DNA from: an uncultured Gemmatimonadales bacterium
Lineage (GTDB): Bacteria; Gemmatimonadota; Gemmatimonadetes; Longimicrobiales; RSA9
Assembly: GCA_963783305.1 (NCBI GenBank)
Contig: CAWAMW010000015.1
Span: 288,001-352,000 of the forward strand
Direction of reading: 5' to 3'
Length of the DNA stretch: 64,000 nt
Shown here: positions 48,491-58,820 of the stretch, piece after piece
How positions within the stretch are numbered: position 1 is the first letter of the stretch
Layout: each line of letters opens with the position of its first letter
The notes under the pieces: generated by a model
Seen by the model: the letters and a program-made list of their open reading frames with translations, nothing else
Databases searched by the model: none
What the model was told of the DNA's origin: nothing
Program-made: the position numbers and the translations under genes

Positions 48491-51438
48491 TGGCGGAGCA
48501 CCCCACCGTCGCCACCGCGTCCGCGGGAGAGCGCCGACAGTCGGCGCTGCTCCGGCTCAGCACCGGCATCGCCGTGGCCCACGACGAGGCCGAGATCTGC
48601 CACGGCGTGGTGGACGGGCTCCGGGATGACGCCCTCGGCTACAATTTCGTCGGCGTCTTCCTCCTGGATGAGGCCACGGACGAGCGCGTGCTCCGGGCGA
48701 GCGTGGGGTGGAGCGACATCCCACCCGACCTCCGGCTCCCGGCGACCTCCGGCATCTCCGGCCGCGCCCTGGCCGATGGGCGGCTCCACTTCACCCCTCG
48801 CGTAGCCGAGGACCCCGAGTACGTGCCCGGGCTCGGCACCGGCTCCGAGGTGGACGTCCCGATCCTCGACGGCGACCGGCCCATGGGCGTGCTGGTGGTG
48901 GAGAGCGCGAGCCCCGACGCGTTCGGCCCCGACGACTTCGAGATCCTCACCGCCGCCGCGCAGCACGCGGGGATCGCCCTCGGCCGGATCCGGCTCCTGG
49001 CAGCGGAGCGTCGTCGGGCGGACGAGCAGGAGGCGCTGCTGGCCACCATCGCCGACCTCTCCGCCGAGCTGGAGCTCTCCCCGCTGCTGGACGCGGTGCT
49101 GGAGCGGTCGGTGAAGATCCTGGACGCGGCCGGCGGGGAGCTCGCCACGTACGACGAGGCGACCGCGGAGCTCGAGGTGGTGTCCAACCACAACATGAGC
49201 GAGAGCTCGCTGGGCGCCCGGATCGCGCTGGGCGAGGGGGCCATGGGCCACGTGGTGAGGACCGGTGAGATGATGATCATCCCCGACTACCGGGAGTGGC
49301 CCGGTCGCTCGGAGCAGTACACGCGGATCGATGCCCGGGCCGTCGTGGTTGCACCGCTCCGGATCGGCGGTCGGCCCGTGGGCGCCATCAACGTCTGGTA
49401 CGAGGACCCGGAGCGGGGCTTCTCCGCTGCGGACCTCCGGCTCCTGGACCTCTTCGGCCAGCAGGCGGGCATCGCCATCCAGAACGCGCGGCTCTACGAC
49501 AATGCGCTGCGGGAGCGGCATTACCTGGCGTCGGTCATGAGCAACAGCCCCGTGGCCATCGTAACGCTCGACCTGGAGGAGAACATCGTCGCGGCGAACC
49601 CTGCGTTCGAGCGGCTGTTCGGCTACCGTCTCGAGGACGTGGTGGGCGGCAATCTGGACGAGCTGATCACCACCGAAGAGCAGCGGGCGGAGGCCGTGGC
49701 CTACACCCGTGAGGCCCGGCACACGCAGGCCCGCGGGATGGTGGAGCGGTGCCGGAAGGATGGCAGCATCGTCGAGGTGGAGCTGCTGGCCGTGCGCGTG
49801 GAGGCCGAGGGCGAGCCGGTGGGGATGATGGCCCTCTACCATGACGTATCGGAGCTGCTCCAGGCGCGTCGTGATGCGGAGGATGCCAACCAGGCCAAGA
49901 GCCAGTTCCTGGCCAACATGAGTCACGAGCTGAGGACGCCGCTGAACGCCATCATCGGCTACAGCGAAATGCTCCAGGAGGACGTGGTGGAGGTGGACCG
50001 GGACGAGTTCGTGCCGGACCTCCAGAAGATCCACTCCGCGGGGCACCACCTGCTCTCCCTCATCAACGATATCCTCGACCTGTCGAAGATCGAGGCCGGG
50101 AAGACCGAGCTATTCCTGGAGCGCTTCGAGCTGCCGGAGCTGCTGGACGAGGTGGCCGCCACCGCCCGGCCCCTCGTGCGGAACAACGGGAACCGACTCG
50201 ACGTGGAGGTGGCCAATGGCGTCGGCGCCATGACCGCCGACGTGACCAAGGTCCGGCAGATCCTGCTGAACCTGCTCTCCAACGCCTCCAAGTTCACCGA
50301 GGACGGTCGCATCACGCTCTCGGTACGACCCGACGCCGGCGCCGACCCGGCCGCGGTGCTCATCGGCGTCCGGGACGAGGGGATCGGGATGACCGAGGAG
50401 CAGATGGGCCGGCTGTTCACCGCGTTCGGGCAGGCGGAGGCGTCCACGAGCCGCGATTACGGCGGCACCGGTCTCGGGCTCGTGATCAGTCGGCACTTCG
50501 CCCGGATGATGGGTGGCGATCTCGGCGTCGAGAGCGAGCACGGCGTGGGCACCACCTTTACCGTGCGCCTGCCCCTCGTGACACAGCCGACCGCGGACGA
50601 GGCCGGTGCGGATCCGGTCGTGGACGCGGCATCGGACGCGGCGTCGGCGCAGGCGTCAGGCCAGGCGGCGGGCTCGGGCGCGTCGGGGACGGTGCTGGTC
50701 ATCGACGACGACCCGAACGTCCACGACCTCCTGCGGCGGTCTCTGCCCCGGGAGGGGTTCCGCGTGGAGAGTGCCACTGATGGCGCGAGCGGGATCGAGC
50801 GTGCTCGGGAGCTGATGCCGGACGTGATCCTGCTGGATGTGCTCATGCCGGGGCTGGACGGCTGGTCGGTGCTCACACTGCTGAAGGAGGACCCGGATCT
50901 GAGCGGGATCCCGGTGGTCATGATCAGCATGATCGACGACCGCCGGCTGGGCTTCGCGCTGGGCGCCACCGACTACCTCACCAAGCCGGTACAGTCGCCG
51001 CGACTCCTGGGCATCCTCCGCCGCCTGTGCCCCACATCCGATGGCACCGTCCTGATCGTTGACGACGACCGGGACGCCCGCGACCGCCTCGCCCGCACGA
51101 TCCGCGAGGCCGGCTGGAGCACGGAGGAGGCGGGGAACGGGGTGGAGGCGCTGGCGCGCCTCGACCAGGGCGACCCCGACCTCATCCTGCTCGACCTCGT
51201 GATGCCCGAGATGGACGGGTTCGCCTTCCTGGACGCGCTCCGGGCCCGGAAGGAGGGCGCGCATCCCGCCGTGGTGGTGCTGACGGCGAAGGACCTGACG
51301 CCCGGAGAGCGGCGGCGGTTGAACGGCGGCGTGCAGCAGGTCCTCCAGAAGGACGGCGCCGAGGCCCGCGACCTGGCCGGCCAGATCCGCGCGGTTCTCG
51401 AGCGACCGCGGGACGAGCCGGGGGGGGTGCGCGGATGA
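48490..51438 (+). CDS. Hybrid histidine kinase: 2 GAF, PAS, HisKA, HATPase, 2 REC
   Basis: Same motifs; TGATG overlap. Confidence 0.9.
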   Translation: MAEHPTVATASAGERRQSALLRLSTGIAVAHDEAEICHGVVDGLRDDALGYNFVGVFLLDEATDERVLRASVGWSDIPPDLRLPATSGISGRALADGRLHFTPRVAEDPEYVPGLGTGSEVDVPILDGDRPMGVLVVESASPDAFGPDDFEILTAAAQHAGIALGRIRLLAAERRRADEQEALLATIADLSAELELSPLLDAVLERSVKILDAAGGELATYDEATAELEVVSNHNMSESSLGARIALGEGAMGHVVRTGEMMIIPDYREWPGRSEQYTRIDARAVVVAPLRIGGRPVGAINVWYEDPERGFSAADLRLLDLFGQQAGIAIQNARLYDNALRERHYLASVMSNSPVAIVTLDLEENIVAANPAFERLFGYRLEDVVGGNLDELITTEEQRAEAVAYTREARHTQARGMVERCRKDGSIVEVELLAVRVEAEGEPVGMMALYHDVSELLQARRDAEDANQAKSQFLANMSHELRTPLNAIIGYSEMLQEDVVEVDRDEFVPDLQKIHSAGHHLLSLINDILDLSKIEAGKTELFLERFELPELLDEVAATARPLVRNNGNRLDVEVANGVGAMTADVTKVRQILLNLLSNASKFTEDGRITLSVRPDAGADPAAVLIGVRDEGIGMTEEQMGRLFTAFGQAEASTSRDYGGTGLGLVISRHFARMMGGDLGVESEHGVGTTFTVRLPLVTQPTADEAGADPVVDAASDAASAQASGQAAGSGASGTVLVIDDDPNVHDLLRRSLPREGFRVESATDGASGIERARELMPDVILLDVLMPGLDGWSVLTLLKEDPDLSGIPVVMISMIDDRRLGFALGATDYLTKPVQSPRLLGILRRLCPTSDGTVLIVDDDRDARDRLARTIREAGWSTEEAGNGVEALARLDQGDPDLILLDLVMPEMDGFAFLDALRARKEGAHPAVVVLTAKDLTPGERRRLNGGVQQVLQKDGAEARDLAGQIRAVLERPRDEPGGVRG

Positions 51439-54400
51439 CGGGCGTGGTGGAGCCGGGACTCCGACGGGACGCGGCCACCGAGATCGTGGCGCTGCGGTCG
51501 GCACTGCTCCGACTCAGCACGAGGATCGCCGAAGCGAAGAGCGAGGACGAGGTCTGCCGCGCCGTGGTGGAAGGTCTCCACCTGGCCACCTTCCATTTCG
51601 ACGCCGTGGGCCTCTACCTGGCCGGCACGTCGACATTCGACCCCCAGCTCCGGGCGGCGGCCGGCGAGCTGAAGGGCGACGTCGACGATCGGTCGCAGCT
51701 CCGGCTCCCGCTCCGCATGGACCACAGCACGATCGGCGAGCTCGTGGTGGAGCGGGCCAGCGCGCAGGCGTTCGACCAGGGGGACCTGGAGATCCTCGCG
51801 GCCGCGGCGAGCCAGGCAAGCATCGCCATCGGGAGGGCCCGGCTCCTGAATGCGGAGCGGCAGCGGGCCTCCGAGCAGCGGGCGCTGCTGGACACGCTGT
51901 CGGATCTGTCCGGGAAGCTCGATCTCGACCGGGTCCTTCGGGCCGTGCTGGAGCGGGCGGTGCCACTGCTCGGTGTGACGGGCGGGGAGCTGGCCGTGTT
52001 CGACGAAGCGGCCGGTGACCTCCTCGTGATGGCAAGCCTCAACCTGGGGGAGGACTCGACCGGAAAGAGGATGGCGCTGGGCGAAGGGGCCATGGGTCGT
52101 GTGGCCGAAACACATGAGCCCATCATCATCCCGAACTACCAGAAATGGATCGGGCGGTCCGGGCAGTACTCGCAGTCCGTGGTCCAGGCGGTGATGGTGG
52201 CGCCGCTCCTCATCGAGGACCGGCTGGTGGGCGCGATCGCCAGCGTTCACTCCGACCCGCAGCACGAGTTCGGCGAGTCCGACCTGCGACTGCTGAACCT
52301 GTTCGCATCGCAGGCGGCCATCGCCATCGAGAACGCTCGTCTCTACACCGGCGAGCTGAAGCGGGCGGAGGAGCAGCGGGCGCTGCTGGACACGCTCCGG
52401 GCCCTGTCCGGGGAGCTGGAGGTGGGGCGGGTGCTGCAGGCGGTGCTGGAGCGGGCCGTGCGACTCCTGGGCGTCACGGGCGGCGAGCTCGCCATCTACG
52501 ACGAGTCGGCCCACGACATGGTCATCGCCGCCAGCAAGAACATGCCGGTGGACTCCATCGATACGCGGATGAACGTCGGTGAGGGAGCCATGGGCCATGT
52601 GGCCCAGACAAGGGACCCGCTGATCATCCCCCGCTACCAGGAATGGTCGGGCCGCTCCATGAAGTACGCGGACGACCAGGTCCAGACGGTGCTGGCGGCG
52701 CCGCTCCTGATCGGCGAGCGCCTGGTGGGTGTGATCGCCATCATCGATTCGAGCCCCAGCCGTACGTTCGGTCAGGAGGAGCTCCGCCTGATCGAGCTGT
52801 TTGCGCCCCAGGCCGCGGTGGCCATTGAGAATGCCCGGCTGTTCGAGGCGGAGCACCGGCGCGCAGAGGAGCAGCGGGCGCTGCTCGAGACCATGCGCGA
52901 CATGGTCGCGGACCTGGCCCTGGAGCCGGTGCTCCAGGCCGTGCTGGAACGGGCGGTGAGCCTGCTGGGCGTTACGGGCGGAGAGCTGGCGACCTACGAC
53001 GACTCGAGGGACGACCTCCTGGTCGTGGCGAGTCACGGGATGGACCACAACGCGGTGGGGACCCGGCTCGCCCTGGACACGGGAGTGATGGGGCACGTGG
53101 CCCGGAGTGGTGAGCCGCTCATCGTCCCCGACTACCAGGAGTGGGCCAGTCGATCCGCCACCTACGAGCAGTCGAGCGTGCAGGCGGTACTGGGGATCCC
53201 GCTCCTGGTGGGGACCCGGCTGGTGGGGGTGATCGCCGCGGTGCACTCGGACCCGGCCCGCGGATTCGGCCAGGCGGACGTAGAGCTGCTCAACCTGTTC
53301 GCGCCCCAGGCCGCCATCGCCATCGAGAACGCGCGGCTCTACGAGGCCGCGCAGCGGTACTACTCGGCGCTGGTGAGCAACAACCCGGTGGCGGTTGCGA
53401 ACCTCGACCTCGAGTTCCGGATCCAGTCGTGCAACCCGGCGTTCCTGAGCCTGTTCGGGTACGCGGACGAGGAGGAGGTGATCGGGGTGCACCTGGACAC
53501 GCTCGTGGCGGCGGAGCAGACGCGGTCCGACGCGGCCGAGTACACGCTCAAGACGCTGTCGGGCGAGGTGGTCCGCGGCGAGGGGGAGAGGCGTCGCAAG
53601 GACGGAAGCATGGTGGACGTGGAGCTGTACTCGATCCCGGTGCTCGTCAGTGGCGAGGCCGTGGGGTACATCGCCATGTACCACGACGTTTCGGAGCTCC
53701 GGCAGGCACGCAGGGAGGCGGAATCGGCGAACCAGTCGAAGAGCCAGTTCCTGGCCAACATGAGCCACGAGCTCCGAACGCCGCTGAACGCCATCATCGG
53801 CTACAGCGAGATGCTGCTGGAGGAGGCGGAGGAAGAGGGCCAGGAGCACCTCGGCTCGGACCTCCGGAAGATCTCCACCGCGGGGAAACACCTGCTGGCG
53901 CTGATCAACAACATCCTCGACCTGTCCAAGATCGAGGCGGGGAAGACGGAGCTCTACCTGGAGTCCTTCGAGCTCCCCGACCTGGTCCAGGAAGTGGAAT
54001 CGACGGTGGCCCCGCTCGTGGCGAAGAGCGGGAACACGCTCGAAGTGCAGGTGGACGAGGAGCTGGGGACGATGACGGGGGACGTGACGAAGATCCGCCA
54101 GATCCTTCTGAACCTGCTCTCCAACGCGGCCAAGTTCACCGATCACGGACGGATCCTGCTGTCGGCCGGGTACGATGAAGACCAGGTCGTCCTGCGGGTG
54201 ACGGACAGCGGGATCGGCATGACCGAGGAGCAGATGAGCGGGCTGTTCCAGGCGTTCAAGCAGGCCGAGGCGTCCACCACGAAGAAGTACGGGGGCACGG
54301 GGCTGGGACTCGTGATAAGCCGTCGCTTCGCCCGGCTGATGGGGGGCGACATCACCGCGAGCAGCACCCCCGGGTCGGGGACCACGTTCACCGTGCGTCT

Positions 54401-55214
54401 CGAGCGGGAGCTGCGAGCGCCCGCCGAGGAGATCGCGGACGTCCTGGCGGAGGCCAAGGGGACCGGTGTGGCTGGATCGATCCTGATCATCGACGACGAC
54501 CCGCAGGTCCACGAGCTCCTCCAGCGCGTGCTGTCGAACAGGGGATACCGGGTGGCGTCTGCCATGGACGGACCGTCGGGGCTGGCCCGAGCCCGGGAGG
54601 TGCTGCCGGACGCGGTGCTGCTCGATGTACTCATGCCGGGGATGGACGGCTGGGAGGTGCTCGCCGCCATGAAGGGCGAGGAGGCGCTGGCGGAGGTCCC
54701 CGTGATCATGGTCACCATGGTGGATGAGCGGAACCTCGGGTTCTCGCTCGGAGCCACCGACTACCTGACGAAGCCCGTGGACGCGGCCCGGCTCACCGCG
54801 GCGCTGAAGCGACACTGCCCGGCAGCGGGCGCACGGGTTCTGATCGTGGACGACGAGGAGGCGGACCGCGCCCGCCTTGCACGGCTCGTGAGGGAGGGGG
54901 GCTGGGAGCCCGCGCTGGCGGACAGTGGCCAGGCTGCCCTCGCCCTCATGGACTCGTTCCGCCCCCAGCTCATCCTGCTGGATCTCATGATGCCCGTCAT
55001 GGATGGGTTCGAGCTATCTTCCGCACTCCGTCAGAAGCGGGAGTGGCGGGACATACCCGTATTCGTCATCACGGCGAAGGACCTGACGCGGGAGGATAGA
55101 GCCCGCCTCAACGAGACCGTAACGAGCGTGTTCAGCAAGGACGAGATCGGTGCCCGGGCCATGGTGGAGGAGCTCCGGGCTCTGTTGCACCCGAACCCAA
55201 CTATTCCGGCATGA
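51435..55214 (+). CDS. Hybrid histidine kinase: 4 GAF (first shortened), PAS, HisKA, HATPase, 2 REC
   Basis: Same motifs; ATGA overlap. Confidence 0.9.
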   Translation: MTGVVEPGLRRDAATEIVALRSALLRLSTRIAEAKSEDEVCRAVVEGLHLATFHFDAVGLYLAGTSTFDPQLRAAAGELKGDVDDRSQLRLPLRMDHSTIGELVVERASAQAFDQGDLEILAAAASQASIAIGRARLLNAERQRASEQRALLDTLSDLSGKLDLDRVLRAVLERAVPLLGVTGGELAVFDEAAGDLLVMASLNLGEDSTGKRMALGEGAMGRVAETHEPIIIPNYQKWIGRSGQYSQSVVQAVMVAPLLIEDRLVGAIASVHSDPQHEFGESDLRLLNLFASQAAIAIENARLYTGELKRAEEQRALLDTLRALSGELEVGRVLQAVLERAVRLLGVTGGELAIYDESAHDMVIAASKNMPVDSIDTRMNVGEGAMGHVAQTRDPLIIPRYQEWSGRSMKYADDQVQTVLAAPLLIGERLVGVIAIIDSSPSRTFGQEELRLIELFAPQAAVAIENARLFEAEHRRAEEQRALLETMRDMVADLALEPVLQAVLERAVSLLGVTGGELATYDDSRDDLLVVASHGMDHNAVGTRLALDTGVMGHVARSGEPLIVPDYQEWASRSATYEQSSVQAVLGIPLLVGTRLVGVIAAVHSDPARGFGQADVELLNLFAPQAAIAIENARLYEAAQRYYSALVSNNPVAVANLDLEFRIQSCNPAFLSLFGYADEEEVIGVHLDTLVAAEQTRSDAAEYTLKTLSGEVVRGEGERRRKDGSMVDVELYSIPVLVSGEAVGYIAMYHDVSELRQARREAESANQSKSQFLANMSHELRTPLNAIIGYSEMLLEEAEEEGQEHLGSDLRKISTAGKHLLALINNILDLSKIEAGKTELYLESFELPDLVQEVESTVAPLVAKSGNTLEVQVDEELGTMTGDVTKIRQILLNLLSNAAKFTDHGRILLSAGYDEDQVVLRVTDSGIGMTEEQMSGLFQAFKQAEASTTKKYGGTGLGLVISRRFARLMGGDITASSTPGSGTTFTVRLERELRAPAEEIADVLAEAKGTGVAGSILIIDDDPQVHELLQRVLSNRGYRVASAMDGPSGLARAREVLPDAVLLDVLMPGMDGWEVLAAMKGEEALAEVPVIMVTMVDERNLGFSLGATDYLTKPVDAARLTAALKRHCPAAGARVLIVDDEEADRARLARLVREGGWEPALADSGQAALALMDSFRPQLILLDLMMPVMDGFELSSALRQKREWRDIPVFVITAKDLTREDRARLNETVTSVFSKDEIGARAMVEELRALLHPNPTIPA

Positions 55215-55597
55215 GAAAGGACGTACACCAGGTGCTGAAGATTCTGCTGGTCGAGGACGATGAGATGAACCGGGACATGCTGTCCCGTCGTTTGATCAAG
55301 CGTGGCTACGAGGTGGAGATCGCCACGGACGGAGAGCAGGGCGTCGCGATGGCCCGGAACGGCGATCCGGACATCATCCTGATGGACATGAGCCTGCCCG
55401 TGATGGACGGCTGGACGGCGACGCGCACGCTGAAGGAGGACGCCGCCACCGCCGGGATCCCCATCATTGCCCTCACCGCCCACGCCATGTCGGGGGACGA
55501 GGACAAGGCGCGGCAGGCCGGCTGCGACGATTTCGACACGAAGCCCGTGGAGCTCCAGCGGCTGCTGGGCAAGATCGAGGGGCTGGTGAGCGCCTAG
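55211..55597 (+). CDS. Single-domain response regulator (DivK-like)
   Basis: ILLVEDD, LMDMSLP, ALTAHAM, TKP. Confidence 0.92.
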   Translation: MRKDVHQVLKILLVEDDEMNRDMLSRRLIKRGYEVEIATDGEQGVAMARNGDPDIILMDMSLPVMDGWTATRTLKEDAATAGIPIIALTAHAMSGDEDKARQAGCDDFDTKPVELQRLLGKIEGLVSA

Positions 55598-55622
55598 CGC
55601 TCGCTCCGCTCTCGCGCCGCGG

Positions 55623-57644
55623 TCAGCCCGCGCCGACCCCCAGCTCGGCCGTGCCGGTACCGGCGCCGGTGCCGGCGCCGGCGCCGGTCAGTGAGTAGAC
55701 GCGCATCTGCCCCTGGCCGCGGATCTCCTTCACGCCCCGCGGCTCCGCCTCGTACCCGGGGCCGAGGGCACCGTGGACTACCGGCGTCACCAGGATCCCG
55801 CCCGCGGCCGACGCGGCCAGCGCTTCGGCGCCCTCCAGCGCCTCACCCCAGACCTCGAACCGCGGGCACGCATCGCCCACCACGCCCGCCACCAGCGCGC
55901 CGGCGTGCATCCCCAGCCCGATACCGTCCAGCCCGTCCCGCGCCGCCAGCGCAAAGTTCGCCGCGGCCTCCACAGACTGCTCCGGCTCGCCCGGGAACAC
56001 GACCAGGAATCCATCCGCGCGCCAGATCAGGCCCCCGGTCTCGTGCTCGGCGGCGGTCTCCTCGGCGAGACGCGCCAGGCGCTGGACCGCCTCGACCCGG
56101 TCCAGCCCATGGGCGCCGGAGGACGGTCGGGTTTCGGCGGTGTAGACCGCCCGGACCACGGTGACCGCGGCGTAGGCCTCGCGGATCCCCAGCGCGCCAT
56201 CCCGCACGCGATCCCGGACGAAGGGAGGGAACGAGCCGGCGATGAGCCGGTCGATGAGCGTCGCGTCGGAGTCCACCCGCCGGCGGTAGGCGCGCTCACG
56301 GCTGCGCAGGTCCCGCAGCTCCAGCGCCGCGGCGATCCGCGCTTCCAGGAGCGTGGGCTGGGCCGGCTTCGCGATGTAGTCGGTGGCGCCCATGTCGATG
56401 CAGCGCACGGCGCTGTCCAGCTCGTCCAGCGACGAAAGCATGATCACCGGCACATCCGCCAGCCGCTCGTCCGCCTGGAGCCGCGCGAGGGTCGCGACGC
56501 CGTCGAGAACGGGCATGATCACGTCCAGCAGGATGAGGTCGAACTCCTGCTCCTCCAGGCGCTCCAGCGCGCTCTGCCCATCCGGCGCCGTGGCGACGGT
56601 ATAGCCGAATCGCGCCAGCTGCCGGGAGATCAGGTCGCGATTGGTCTCGTTGTCGTCCACCACCAGGAGACGTCCCTGCCCCTCCGGGCCCGCCTCACCC
56701 GCTCCGACCGGCCGGATCTTCGCCAGCACCTCCTGCGTCATCGCGGAGCTCGCCATGTTGAGCCCCGTCCCCGCCCCCGTCCGGGTGGCCAGCCGTACGA
56801 TGTCGTCGCTCAGCTCCAGGAGCCGGCGGGCGGACGTGAGGATCCGCCCCAGGTCCTCCAGGAGGTCAACGCGGCCCGCCTCCTCGAACGACTCCTCCAG
56901 CATTTCCGCGTAGCCCACCACCGCGCTCACGGGCGTTCGCAGATCCAGCCGGACGCGGGCGGCGAACGCCTCCAGGTCGTCCAGCACGTCATCGCCCGGC
57001 CCCTCGGGTGACAGCACGGCGTCCACGCGCTCCAGCAGCTGCCGCCCGGCCCGGCGGATCCGCTCCAGGTCCGCCGCCAGCGCCGGGTCGTCCACGTCCT
57101 CCAGCAGCATCTCGGAGTATCCGATGATCCCGTTGATGGGCGTACGGAGCTCGTGGCGCATGTGGCCGAGTGTGGCCGCGCGGACCCGGTCGGGATCCGG
57201 CGCCGCGGCGTCCGCCTCCGCTACCGGCGCCGACCGGCGGCGGCGCCGCACCGGGGCGTCCGGGACCGGCGCCCCACGGGACCGTCCCAGCGCCGCCGCC
57301 AGACCGCCCGCTTCGTCCGTCCGCTCTTTCCGCGCCGTGCGCTCGAGTCCGCCGGTGGATAGGTCGAAGAACCAGGACAGTACCGCCACCACCGGAAACC
57401 CCAGGATGAGGAGTGTGGTGACCAGTCGCGGCGTCCAGTCGGGAAACAGCAGCGCCTCGAAGATGGCGCCCGACAGCTCGATGAGGAGCGCAGCCAGGAG
57501 CACGTAGGCGGCGACCGCCCCGAAAACCCGCCGGCGCTTCAGCTCGGCGAACGCGCGGATGATGGCCGGTCGACGCTGCGCGCCCACGGGTGCCTTTCTC
57601 TGGAGGGGGAGGAGGGTGCGTGGGAAAGATGAGGACGGGGCCAC
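55623..57644 (-). CDS. Membrane protein with two HisKA-like segments, a receiver domain and a degenerate class III nucleotide cyclase domain (start uncertain)
   Basis: ELKRRRVF plus hydrophobic N-terminus, HELRTPIN, DLRTPVS, LLDVIMP, GMHAG.LVAGVVG...FEVWG. Confidence 0.8.
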   Translation of the reverse strand: MAPSSSFPRTLLPLQRKAPVGAQRRPAIIRAFAELKRRRVFGAVAAYVLLAALLIELSGAIFEALLFPDWTPRLVTTLLILGFPVVAVLSWFFDLSTGGLERTARKERTDEAGGLAAALGRSRGAPVPDAPVRRRRRSAPVAEADAAAPDPDRVRAATLGHMRHELRTPINGIIGYSEMLLEDVDDPALAADLERIRRAGRQLLERVDAVLSPEGPGDDVLDDLEAFAARVRLDLRTPVSAVVGYAEMLEESFEEAGRVDLLEDLGRILTSARRLLELSDDIVRLATRTGAGTGLNMASSAMTQEVLAKIRPVGAGEAGPEGQGRLLVVDDNETNRDLISRQLARFGYTVATAPDGQSALERLEEQEFDLILLDVIMPVLDGVATLARLQADERLADVPVIMLSSLDELDSAVRCIDMGATDYIAKPAQPTLLEARIAAALELRDLRSRERAYRRRVDSDATLIDRLIAGSFPPFVRDRVRDGALGIREAYAAVTVVRAVYTAETRPSSGAHGLDRVEAVQRLARLAEETAAEHETGGLIWRADGFLVVFPGEPEQSVEAAANFALAARDGLDGIGLGMHAGALVAGVVGDACPRFEVWGEALEGAEALAASAAGGILVTPVVHGALGPGYEAEPRGVKEIRGQGQMRVYSLTGAGAGTGAGTGTAELGVGAG

Positions 57645-57751
57645 CGGATAAGCAAGGCTGACGGGCGGGGGCGTCTGGGGCGTTCAGGCTGCCCCTCACG
57701 GTTGGGACGCTCGGGCTGCGCCCCCACTGAGCGGCCGCCGGGGCCGGCCGC

Positions 57752-58816
57752 TCAGTCCCGGTATTTCGGGTGGTACTTCACCGTCTTGAGCGCCGTCTTG
57801 TGCTTCGCCACAGCCGCGGCCTGCGCCAGGGGGTCGGAGCGCCGCTCCATGTAGTCGGCCTCCGCCCGCAGCTTGCGGAAGCTCGCCAGCCGGTCTTCTG
57901 CGAGCGCGCCCGACGCCGCCGCCGCGAGCACCGCGCACCCCGGCTCGGTCTCGTGACGGCAGTCGCCGAACCGGCATGCCGCGGCCAGCTCTTCGATCTC
58001 CGGGAAGGTGCGAGAGAGGCCGTCATCCAGCGCCCAGATCCGGAGCTCCCGCAGACCCGGCGTGTCCATGAGCAGAGCGCCGCCGGGGATCCGGAAGAGC
58101 TCCCGGCGTGTGGTCGTGTGCCGACCCCTCAGGTCCGACTCCCGCACCGCCGCCGTGGCCGCCAGCGCCTCGTCCGCCAGTGCGTTGATCAGCGTGGACT
58201 TCCCCGCCCCGGACATCCCCAGCAGCGCCACCGTGCGGCCCGGCCGGAGCCGGTCCCGGAGCGCGCGCACGCTCTCCGGCTGCTCGACGCTCACCACGTG
58301 CACCGTCACGCCCATGGCCACCGCCTCCACCTCCGACACCGCCTCGGCCACGCTCTCCGCCAGGTCGGCCTTCGTCAGCACGACCTCCGGCACCGCGCCG
58401 CTGTCCCACGCCTGCGCCAGGTACCGCTCCAGCCGGCGCGCGTTCGGGGGCGAGTCCAGGCCGTGAACGATCCAGACGACGTCCACGTTCGACGCCAGCA
58501 CCTGCTCCCCCGCACCCCCGCCTCTCGACCCTCGCGACACCGCCGACCGCCGCGGCAGCACGCCCATGATGGAGAGCGGGTCCGAGGGTGATGGCCCCGG
58601 CCGGACCGTGACCCAGTCGCCCGTCACCGGGTACGGCCCGGCGAACGAGGTGGTCGTGATTCGACCGATAGCGGCACCCTCCGCGACCTGCAGCGTCCAC
58701 CGGTCCCGGTCCTGGCCGGTCACCCGCGCCACCGCGCCAGGGAGCGACGACGCGACGGCGCCGAACGCCGCCTCCAGCTCAACCGCCCACCGCTCGTCCC
58801 AGCCCCATGCCTCCAT
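57752..58816 (-). CDS. rsgA: Ribosome small subunit-dependent GTPase A
   Basis: TKAD, GMSGAGKSTLIN, GRHTTT, DTPG, CRFGDCRHETEPGC. Confidence 0.92.
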   Translation of the reverse strand: MEAWGWDERWAVELEAAFGAVASSLPGAVARVTGQDRDRWTLQVAEGAAIGRITTTSFAGPYPVTGDWVTVRPGPSPSDPLSIMGVLPRRSAVSRGSRGGGAGEQVLASNVDVVWIVHGLDSPPNARRLERYLAQAWDSGAVPEVVLTKADLAESVAEAVSEVEAVAMGVTVHVVSVEQPESVRALRDRLRPGRTVALLGMSGAGKSTLINALADEALAATAAVRESDLRGRHTTTRRELFRIPGGALLMDTPGLRELRIWALDDGLSRTFPEIEELAAACRFGDCRHETEPGCAVLAAAASGALAEDRLASFRKLRAEADYMERRSDPLAQAAAVAKHKTALKTVKYHPKYRD

Positions 58817-58820
58817 GACC

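Noticed and set aside
42850..53350. DNA repeats in the kinase genes as mobile or DGR-type repeats
   Set aside because: They correspond to in-frame GAF domain duplications, and no reverse transcriptase is present.
42042..54815. Very long minus-strand ORFs (1122, 869, 548 and 1280 aa)
   Set aside because: Antisense to the histidine kinases, with no recognisable motifs.
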